In this document: piece by piece, positions 55,173 through 62,510 of the stretch
How positions within the stretch are numbered: position 1 is the first letter of the stretch
How the letters are laid out: each line of letters starts with the position of its first letter
NCBI GenBank assembly: GCA_041665145.1
Contig: JBAYJK010000001.1
Coordinates: 229,629-293,628, forward strand
DNA from: Patescibacteria group bacterium
GTDB lineage: Bacteria > Patescibacteriota > Microgenomatia > UBA1406
DNA: 64,000 bases
Direction of reading: 5' to 3'
Program-made: the position numbers and the translations under genes
Notes under the pieces: model-generated
Database searches by the model: none
Seen by the model: the letters and a program-made list of their open reading frames with translations, nothing else
What the model was told of the DNA's origin: nothing

Positions 55173-56843
55173 GTGCAGTACTTGCATGATGAACAACACT
55201 ATATCGACCGCTACGACCTTCGTACAATTGAAGAATGTCTCGATAATGTAAAAATATTTCAGGAAATTTATCAGAAAAGTCTAAACAGTAAACAACTAAA
55301 TGATATTTCCCAAGAAGATAAACTGCACGATGTGAATCTGATGCTTCACCGCATTCTTTTTGTTATCAAAGGCAAGAGATATGAAAAGAAACAAGAAACT
55401 ATCGAGAAGTGGATGGAAGAAGATAAATTAAAACAAGATAAGCAAGACTACACTCCAGTCCCAGAAACAGTCATCTGTCCTCTCTGTAGCGGCTCCATGT
55501 TTTTTAAATCTTCAAAACATCTTGATTATTCATACGATAGCCCGATCATGCGCATGATGTTTCTTTTTAAGTGTAGTAAATGCAAAAAACAGCAGTGGGT
55601 TTATGACGACGGTGAGATTCGCGTGTCAAAGCCTGAACTTTGTCCAAAATGCAAAAATGAAATAGACATGAAAGTTACGCGAAAAGGCAAAGTTATCAGT
55701 TGGAAACATAAATGCAAGACGTGCGGCTATACCAAAACTGAAATTGATGATCTTGCTAAACATGACGAAGAACACAAACAATGGGAGAGAGAACAAAAGA
55801 AAAAGGAAGAAGAAGGCAAAAAACTTCTTGAAAAATACCGGGAAGAGTTTTGTCTAAACGAAAAAGATGGGATAGAGTACGTAGAAACACTTGGAGCAAT
55901 CGAGGTAGGTCATGAAGTGTATGAAGAAGAAAAACAGAAACACGATGACAAAGCCTATCAAACGGCAGTAAATCTAAAAAGGCTCACGGTTCTTGAAATC
56001 GAGAAGCTGCTGACCGAAAAACTAGAAAAGGAAAAGTACGTTAAATTCACATTGGATAAACCAGGCATGGGAAGATTTCTTACGATACCCTTTAACGTTT
56101 TAGATGTTAATTCAACAAGAAATCCTAACATAAGTGAAACCACCCTTAAAAAACTCGTCAAAGACACATTAGAAGATACTAACTGGCGATTGATGAGTGA
56201 TGGAATTCGCTATCGTCTTGGGTATCTCTCTGGCACTCTGAAAGCATTTGAGCAAGAAGAAGATTTACTTGCATTGGTTGGAGCCAAAAAAGAGGTAAAA
56301 GCTTCGAAATCAAAGATTGATCCAGAAAAACGCGCTAAATATATGAGCCATAACCTTGTTCAACTCGCAAGAATGTCTGGAGAGTTTGATGGCGTTGAAG
56401 AAACACGGAAACGAAGGCTTGAGAAAGAGCCGGAAGGATTCTTCCTCGACGACGGTAAAGGTCCGTATTCTTGTGGGATTTGTGGTGAAGGAGCCTATGG
56501 AAAAGACATTTGGTGGACATTAAATGGCTTATGGTGCAGAAATTGCTGGAACAATATCAAAGCTAGCGTTATCCCTCCACTAAAACATAGATACGACAAG
56601 GATAATATTTACTTTCAAGATTGGCAGATAGAATCTGATTTCGGAATACATCCTGCAACTAGAAGGAAATTAAAACGGGAAGGATTATTGAAAGGCAGAG
56701 CGTTAAAGAATGAAAAAGGCCAAATTTACTATACTATTTATCTAGTCTCAGAAAACCAAGAGTTTCTGAAAAAATACCCAAGAAAAGGTAAGAAAACTCG
56801 AGAGACAATTGCTGGCAAAGATTACAAACCTATTGAATTATGA
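55173..56843 (+). CDS. Multi-zinc-ribbon protein of unknown function
   Basis: 556 aa, GTG start. Cys pairs CPLC..CSKC, CPKC..CKTC and CGIC..CRNC, plus a Lys/Glu-rich coiled segment. No enzymatic motif recognised. Confidence 0.5.
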   Translation: MQYLHDEQHYIDRYDLRTIEECLDNVKIFQEIYQKSLNSKQLNDISQEDKLHDVNLMLHRILFVIKGKRYEKKQETIEKWMEEDKLKQDKQDYTPVPETVICPLCSGSMFFKSSKHLDYSYDSPIMRMMFLFKCSKCKKQQWVYDDGEIRVSKPELCPKCKNEIDMKVTRKGKVISWKHKCKTCGYTKTEIDDLAKHDEEHKQWEREQKKKEEEGKKLLEKYREEFCLNEKDGIEYVETLGAIEVGHEVYEEEKQKHDDKAYQTAVNLKRLTVLEIEKLLTEKLEKEKYVKFTLDKPGMGRFLTIPFNVLDVNSTRNPNISETTLKKLVKDTLEDTNWRLMSDGIRYRLGYLSGTLKAFEQEEDLLALVGAKKEVKASKSKIDPEKRAKYMSHNLVQLARMSGEFDGVEETRKRRLEKEPEGFFLDDGKGPYSCGICGEGAYGKDIWWTLNGLWCRNCWNNIKASVIPPLKHRYDKDNIYFQDWQIESDFGIHPATRRKLKREGLLKGRALKNEKGQIYYTIYLVSENQEFLKKYPRKGKKTRETIAGKDYKPIEL

Positions 56844-57310
56844 TAAACAAGAATCAGAAATTAAAAATAACTCTCGATAGCTGTATTTTATTTGATTATC
56901 TTAATCCACATAGAAAAAATCACGTAAAAGCAAAGAAAGTTATTGAAGATAATCGTTACGAATTATATATTACAGAAAGTGTTCTTAAAGAGATAAGAAT
57001 TGATACTCAATTGGAAGAAGTCAAACGCCTTATTAGTTCGAATGTGCTAATAGTGTTGAAAGAGCCTGGTATGGGAATATCAATTCCGGTATCAATACCA
57101 ATGGATCTTTCTCATATTTCAGCTAAAAGAGATGCTTCTATCGCTTTACATCTCAAAAAGAGACCTGGTTTAAAAAAACACAAAGTCTTAAGAGATTTCT
57201 TAATAGCAGAAGCTCATCAACGAAATAAAAATGATTACTTGTTAACAACCAATACAAAAGATTTTATTGACAATACTGATATGATTATTAAATCATATGA
57301 AAATTTATAA
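56840..57310 (+). CDS. PIN-domain nuclease-like protein
   Basis: Acidic residues at canonical PIN positions (KITLDSCILFD; ITESVLKE; DFLIAEA; LLTTNTKDF). ATGA overlap with the upstream gene. Confidence 0.6.
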   Translation: MINKNQKLKITLDSCILFDYLNPHRKNHVKAKKVIEDNRYELYITESVLKEIRIDTQLEEVKRLISSNVLIVLKEPGMGISIPVSIPMDLSHISAKRDASIALHLKKRPGLKKHKVLRDFLIAEAHQRNKNDYLLTTNTKDFIDNTDMIIKSYENL

Positions 57311-57474
57311 AGTAGATCAAAATGCATCATATAGTTTATTCCTTCTTTTTATAGTGTGGTATTTGTAGCATTTTTTACTAGTTACAGGATAGAATTTCGA
57401 AGAATGCTCTATAATACCAATTGAGTGTCCTGGGGTTTAAACTATGAGGATTAAATAGTTCCAGACCTAGGTGC

Positions 57475-57508
57475 TCCGCCTTCGCTCGCCGAAGCGAGCT
57501 ACGGCGGA
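57475..57508. other. GC-rich interrupted hairpin in otherwise AT-rich spacer
   Basis: TCCGCC-ttc-GCTCGC-cgaa-GCGAGC-tac-GGCGGA, i.e. 12 paired positions. Confidence 0.6.
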
Positions 57509-57641
57509 CACAGTCCGCAAGTAGATCGCGAAGGAGAGATTTGTCCTATAGTCGAAAAGACTTCAGTTTTTATTCAGAAACTCTTGACAATGATTTCAAA
57601 TTCTATATGCTGATTGTCAGGCGAAATTTATTTATTTACGA

Positions 57642-58454
57642 ATGGACAAAGATATTAACGAACCAAAAACACCCCGCGTTTCGATGCTCCTCCTTCTTTT
57701 TGCTGCGGTTATTCTCGTTCCGCTTCTCCTTGTGATGTTAAGTAAGTCTTCTTTCAAATCAAAGTCGAAAGCAGCCAGTTGTGATTTAGTTGCAGGTTGT
57801 GCAGATCAGAATGGTGCGTGTGTAGGCGCGGCAGGTACCGTTGTAATTAATGGCAAAACATATGCGTGTCGAGGTAAGAATCAATGGACAGGGCCAAACG
57901 GAGAGGCGTTGAGTTCACTCCCCGGAACTATGAAACAGGAATTTAAGATAACTGTTCCGACTGAAGGAGCGCCAAATAAAGACAATCTAGCAGGCTGTGT
58001 CTTTAGTTTCCGTTTTGACAAGGACGCCGCAGTTGTAGATCTTAGTATGAAAGACTCAGCCTTTTCTTCCTTCAAAATAATTAAAGAACTACTTGCCAAA
58101 GGAACCGAACCTTCGGAGGTGTTATTCGTAATACAAAATGGGGTAACGAAAAGCGAACTCAATCAACTAAAAACTGATTTTATGAAAAGTCATTTGCCAT
58201 TTACATCTTTTAAATTGCCGGAAAATCAATTTGCTAAATTCCGCACGAGTAATTCCCCGAATTTTTGCTTCACAAACTCTGATTCCCGCTTTGCTCGACT
58301 TGGTATGTTTTTCCTTTCGGCAAACCCGAGCTTTGATAAACAACTAACTTCTTTAGAAGTTAAAGGCTCATCCGACCCATTTGTCATTTATCAGCGTAAC
58401 GAAGCTGGGGATGTAACTGAATACGGATGGATGGTTATTGCGAGAACACAATGA
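57642..58454 (+). CDS. Hypothetical membrane-anchored/secreted protein
   Basis: N-terminal TM VSMLLLLFAAVILVPLLLVML with a Cys-containing extracytoplasmic region. No known domain. Confidence 0.45.
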   Translation: MDKDINEPKTPRVSMLLLLFAAVILVPLLLVMLSKSSFKSKSKAASCDLVAGCADQNGACVGAAGTVVINGKTYACRGKNQWTGPNGEALSSLPGTMKQEFKITVPTEGAPNKDNLAGCVFSFRFDKDAAVVDLSMKDSAFSSFKIIKELLAKGTEPSEVLFVIQNGVTKSELNQLKTDFMKSHLPFTSFKLPENQFAKFRTSNSPNFCFTNSDSRFARLGMFFLSANPSFDKQLTSLEVKGSSDPFVIYQRNEAGDVTEYGWMVIARTQ

Positions 58455-60085
58455 GAAAAAATATTTTTGTATTTTTAAGTTTGCTACTAATAGGTATGGC
58501 TGTGTTCGGAAAAGGAGTTCAAGCCGGCCACTACACCTGTGACTTTGGTATGACTGCGGGTGAATATTATTGTGTAGATCCGTCAATGGGGCAGACGAAC
58601 GCGATTGGTCGGGCAACGTCCTTATCTTATTGTCAGGAATGGCAAGACGATTCGCAGTATAACAATCAAACGGGTTCGGGTGTCGTAACGTTTGTCGGTA
58701 AAGGCCCAAGAGGTAATACTTGTACATGGCACCAGAAATTTAACGGCACGAACGATTCGTGGTCCGGAGACTGTACTCAGGTTAATCTTGAAATGGCTGT
58801 AGATAATAACGTAAACGAGTGTTCTAAGTGTAATGGGATCAGCGTACCCGCAACGAACTGGAATTATACGGAAAAGTCGACAATTATAAATTCTGTAGTA
58901 GCCTCAAATTGGAAACCGACACTATATATTTATAGTAGCTGGGATGGTAACAAGCCGGGAAGTGATAATACTATTAAGCTACCACCCGCCTATCCTAATG
59001 GTGGGGTTGACTTTCGTTTTAGAGTCTTGGAATTTAATCCTGTGACTAATACGACGTCAACTGTCTTGGGAACCAGGGCTATCTGGATGGGTGATATGAC
59101 CCGTCAATGGCCGGCGGATGCAAATGGAAATATTACGATAATCGACAACGGCCCAATGGTCAGTTGTACTTACTACCGTACGGAAAATACTGCTCCTGTC
59201 ACATCAATGGTCAACTACAATTCCCGAAACAATTTAGCTCACAAGGTCACTTGTAATTTGACGAATATGAAGATCACCAATATCAATTACGTACCCGGAA
59301 GAACATACACAATCCAAACATGGACAAAGCCTGCTTATGGAGATGAAACCGCTTGGATAAACTATACAGCGGACGAAAATGGCGTTAATCAAAATATTTG
59401 TCGCGCTCAGTACACGGCACCGCAAAACACGCCGACACCGACTCCGACAAAAACTCCCACCCCAACATTGACCCCAACTAAAACGCCAACACCCACTCCT
59501 CCTCCTGCGTTGCAGTGCAAATCGTTAACACATCTCGTAGGCGAGCCTCCCCAAATGTGGGGGAAAGTTTCATTGACATGTAATGCTGCGTCAAATGGTG
59601 CGACACCACATCACTATAACTTCAGGTACACGAGTAACGGAGGTCAGGTATGGACCTATATTAACAATGTCCCGCCTTCCTCTAGAGCATATGTTGCAAC
59701 TGCGAACTATACGATTCAATCGTATGGACATTTCACGAACCAGTGCCAAGTGTGTCGACAGTATATAGATCCGATTGATAACTCTGTTAATAACGAATGC
59801 ACACCCTGGGGACAAGCGAATGTCACACTACCTCCTCCGGTGACTGCGATTCCGCCAACCATAACAACCGTTCCTAATACGCCCGTACCTCCTACCTCGT
59901 CAGTAACCAGTTGTTCTTCATGTGGATATCTAACACTTTCTCAAGCACAGGGACAATGTGTTAAGAGTTGTGGAGGGATAGGAAACTGTAGTATGTATAA
60001 CACGACATGTGGCAACAACTCACAATGTTACAGTTCAACAAGATGTTTATCTCAACCTAAGTTGACGCCTATTCTAGTAGAATAA
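58451..60085 (+). CDS. Secreted Cys-rich protein with PT-rich linker
   Basis: ATG 58451 (MRKNIFVFLSLLLIGMAVFG signal) overlaps the upstream stop. Linker [26 protein letters not shown]. Confidence 0.5.
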   Translation: MRKNIFVFLSLLLIGMAVFGKGVQAGHYTCDFGMTAGEYYCVDPSMGQTNAIGRATSLSYCQEWQDDSQYNNQTGSGVVTFVGKGPRGNTCTWHQKFNGTNDSWSGDCTQVNLEMAVDNNVNECSKCNGISVPATNWNYTEKSTIINSVVASNWKPTLYIYSSWDGNKPGSDNTIKLPPAYPNGGVDFRFRVLEFNPVTNTTSTVLGTRAIWMGDMTRQWPADANGNITIIDNGPMVSCTYYRTENTAPVTSMVNYNSRNNLAHKVTCNLTNMKITNINYVPGRTYTIQTWTKPAYGDETAWINYTADENGVNQNICRAQYTAPQNTPTPTPTKTPTPTLTPTKTPTPTPPPALQCKSLTHLVGEPPQMWGKVSLTCNAASNGATPHHYNFRYTSNGGQVWTYINNVPPSSRAYVATANYTIQSYGHFTNQCQVCRQYIDPIDNSVNNECTPWGQANVTLPPPVTAIPPTITTVPNTPVPPTSSVTSCSSCGYLTLSQAQGQCVKSCGGIGNCSMYNTTCGNNSQCYSSTRCLSQPKLTPILVE

Positions 60086-60099
60086 AATAAAGCAATAAT

Positions 60100-61275
60100 A
60101 TGAACAAAAATAAAGGGTTATTAAACATAACGCAACTCGCGGTAATCGGGCTGGGGTTGTTATTAGTAGGGTTTCTCGTAATAAAGACGGGTTTTAATTT
60201 TGTTCAAAAGACAAATGCTCAGACAGGTGGAGCGATATGTCAAAGCGAGTTTGATGTGTTTACTCCAACACCGACAATAACCGTAACGCCAACGAGCACA
60301 AAAACACCTACACCAACACCGACAAAAACACCTACGCCCACACCCACAAAGACTCCAACGCCAACTTTAACGAACACACCGACACCGACTTCCACGAAGA
60401 CACCCACTCCTACATCAACAAAGACTCCGACACCGACAAAAACCAAGACCCCGACTCCAACAAAGACGAAGACACCCACACCCACGCCTGCAAGTATGAC
60501 CTGTGAAGTCGGCGGGAAGAAGTTTAACGACGGAAATGCTGATAGGGAATTTAATATGGGTTACTGTAATGATATAGGTTGCGACAGTATGGATGGCGTG
60601 CAAGATTGGACATTCCAATTGTATCGGTTAAACACAGATAGTTCACGGACGTTACTCGGAACTACGACAACCGATGACAACACGTGGTCGGGATGGCCAA
60701 ACTCATTTGCGTTCCGAAATCTTGATTGTAGTAAGCAATATATAGTGAAAGAGGTCTTGAAGAGTGGATGGGTAGCTTCAGGTGATTTCAAAGACGGCGT
60801 TCAAGATGGTTTCTCAACACCTCCAGTTTCTGGCGGGAGTGAAGTAAAATTCCATTTTGTACAAGAGCAAATAGTTATTGATACTAATGATGGCTACAAT
60901 GGAACAGCAGTCAGCGGGTTCCACGTAGGAAACAGACCGGTCGGTACACCGTCCTCCGTTACGAGACCATTGGCAAGTGGTGACGTTAAATCCATGCCTC
61001 TTACAGAGACAACCACATCACAAGTCAGTTGTACAAATTGGAAGGTTACCTTTAATCAACCGCAGTCAATTGCGTATAAGTTGACAATTGATGTAACAAC
61101 AAACGGGAAAACCAGTCGGTATTATCAGTCGAGAACTGCAGTCAGTACATTATCGCGAAGTATTGTGAGGAAATGGGGTACCAAACCGGCCGCAAAGAGC
61201 ATACTTACTTTTACCTTGACCGGAGGATCGGAAACGGTAAAATTGAAGAATGAGATGCCCTCAGGATGCAAGTAA
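60100..61275 (+). CDS. Secreted protein with long (T/K)TPTPT repeat and SdrD-B/CNA-B-like domain
   Basis: Signal/[18 protein letters not shown], about 75 aa of TKTPTPTP repeats, then [15 protein letters not shown]...[11 protein letters not shown], reminiscent of B-type repeat domains. Confidence 0.5.
   Translation: MNKNKGLLNITQLAVIGLGLLLVGFLVIKTGFNFVQKTNAQTGGAICQSEFDVFTPTPTITVTPTSTKTPTPTPTKTPTPTPTKTPTPTLTNTPTPTSTKTPTPTSTKTPTPTKTKTPTPTKTKTPTPTPASMTCEVGGKKFNDGNADREFNMGYCNDIGCDSMDGVQDWTFQLYRLNTDSSRTLLGTTTTDDNTWSGWPNSFAFRNLDCSKQYIVKEVLKSGWVASGDFKDGVQDGFSTPPVSGGSEVKFHFVQEQIVIDTNDGYNGTAVSGFHVGNRPVGTPSSVTRPLASGDVKSMPLTETTTSQVSCTNWKVTFNQPQSIAYKLTIDVTTNGKTSRYYQSRTAVSTLSRSIVRKWGTKPAAKSILTFTLTGGSETVKLKNEMPSGCK
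60262..60489. repeat. Imperfect tandem nucleotide repeats encoding (T/K)TPTPT
   Basis: Repeated ACnCCnACnCCnACnAAnAC units are visible throughout 60262-60489. Confidence 0.8.
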
Positions 61276-61294
61276 TTAAGTTATTCATGCTCTC

Positions 61295-61711
61295 ATGAAA
61301 CGCATTATCCCTGCTGCTAAGGCCATTATTTTTCAAGGAGCCTCTATTTTAATAGTAAGACAGAATCATAATGGCATCGTCTATTGGGATTTGCCTGGTG
61401 GCAAAATTGAATGTGGAGAGACACCTCTTGAAGCGTTGAAACGGGAAGTGTGGGAAGAAGTAGGATTGGAAGTGGTTAGTTCGAAATTCGTTGGAACATG
61501 GCGTTTTTTTGGAAAACACGATGGGGATTACCAAATAGAATGCTTGACCTACGAATGCGGTACTTCGACACAAAACGTTGATATCGGAAACAATCCGGGA
61601 GATCATATTGAACATTTTGAGTGGGTTGAAAAACAAGTTTTCCTATCCGATGCGTACCCCGTTGCTCACAAAAGTCTGAAAGATATGCTAAGATCTTCGT
61701 ATCTGTCCTGA
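61295..61711 (+). CDS. NUDIX hydrolase (MutT-like)
   Basis: Nudix box LPGGKIECGETPLEALKREVWEEVGLEV. Confidence 0.8.
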   Translation: MKRIIPAAKAIIFQGASILIVRQNHNGIVYWDLPGGKIECGETPLEALKREVWEEVGLEVVSSKFVGTWRFFGKHDGDYQIECLTYECGTSTQNVDIGNNPGDHIEHFEWVEKQVFLSDAYPVAHKSLKDMLRSSYLS

Positions 61712-61751
61712 AATAAGTAGCACAAAGAAGAAAGTCGCAATTATTACTCCC

Positions 61752-62510
61752 GTGTTCAATGCGGGAAAATTTATACATGAGTGTTTGAACTCGGTCAGTC
61801 TTCTGGTTACGAATAACCGTTTTTCGTTTGAGCACATTCTTGTTGACGATTGTTCTACCGATGATTCCTGGAAGATAATTCAAAAGTGCCGTTTTCCTCA
61901 TCTCAGATCTTTCCGATTGAAAGAAAATGCCGGCTCGTCCAATGCAAGAAATTTTGCCGTCAAGAAGACGGACGCTCATTATTTGTTTTTTCTTGACCAG
62001 GATGATGTTATTTTCCAAAACTCACTCCAGTTGCTTTGTGAACACACGAACGCAGGAAACCCCGAGTGGTTATATGGTGATTTTTTGAGGACGGATAAAA
62101 ACTTGGCATATCAATTGGGTCAGGATTACTATGGATTCCAATTCAAAAACTCTAAAGATCTTCTTTGCTCAATTTTTTCCGGTCAACATTTTTTTCAGCA
62201 GAATTGTCTCTATCGGAGACATAGTTTTGAGTCAGTGGGAGGTTTTGATATGCGCATTGCCATTTATCAGGATCTTGATCTCTGCATCCGTTTTGCCCTG
62301 ACCGGACACGTTCCTCTGTATGTTCCCGGTCCGTTGTATGCGCACCGGTTTCACGAGAATAATCTGAGCAAACTATACGGCAGGGAGAATAATCCTCGTG
62401 CGCATAAGGAAGATTTGAAATCGTTATATGAAACATATGGTATCAGTTTAAGGTCAATGCTTACATCACGCCAAGTAAGAAAAATTGAGGATTTCTTAAC
62501 TGAGACCTGA
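61752..62510 (+). CDS. Family 2 glycosyltransferase (true start probably upstream, non-canonical)
   Basis: DDCSTDDS and LDQDD motifs. The conserved leading strand KVAIITPVFN is encoded in frame upstream of the first ATG/GTG/TTG (61731-61760). Confidence 0.7.
   Translation: MFNAGKFIHECLNSVSLLVTNNRFSFEHILVDDCSTDDSWKIIQKCRFPHLRSFRLKENAGSSNARNFAVKKTDAHYLFFLDQDDVIFQNSLQLLCEHTNAGNPEWLYGDFLRTDKNLAYQLGQDYYGFQFKNSKDLLCSIFSGQHFFQQNCLYRRHSFESVGGFDMRIAIYQDLDLCIRFALTGHVPLYVPGPLYAHRFHENNLSKLYGRENNPRAHKEDLKSLYETYGISLRSMLTSRQVRKIEDFLTET

Larger units (their letters stand above)
42557..57641. mobile_element. Putative integrative accessory island next to tRNA-Ser (boundaries approximate)
   Basis: A large serine recombinase sits near the left end. 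It also holds XRE and LexA-type regulators, ParB-MTase and MTase genes, defence genes and many orphan ORFs, all flanked by core-looking genes. No phage structural genes. Confidence 0.5.

Noticed and set aside
57584-57609. TTGACA ... TATATG as a promoter for the 57642 gene
   Set aside because: The spacer is only 14 nt, too short for a standard sigma-70 promoter. It is left uncalled.
42557-57641. Calling the island a complete prophage
   Set aside because: I could recognise no capsid, portal, large-terminase, tail or lysis genes. Only regulatory, recombination, methylation and defence functions are present.
57311-57641. A direct repeat of the tRNA-Ser 3' end as attR at the far end of the island
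   Set aside because: I looked for GGTTCGAATCC-like sequence and other shared strings of 10 nt or more between 42557-42714 and 57311-57641 and saw none. This is consistent with serine-recombinase chemistry, so the boundaries remain approximate.
60240-60485. 81-aa minus-strand ORF (GVGVFV repeats)
   Set aside because: It is the antisense reading of the TKTPTPT repeat tract of the 60100-61275 gene and is not independent coding.
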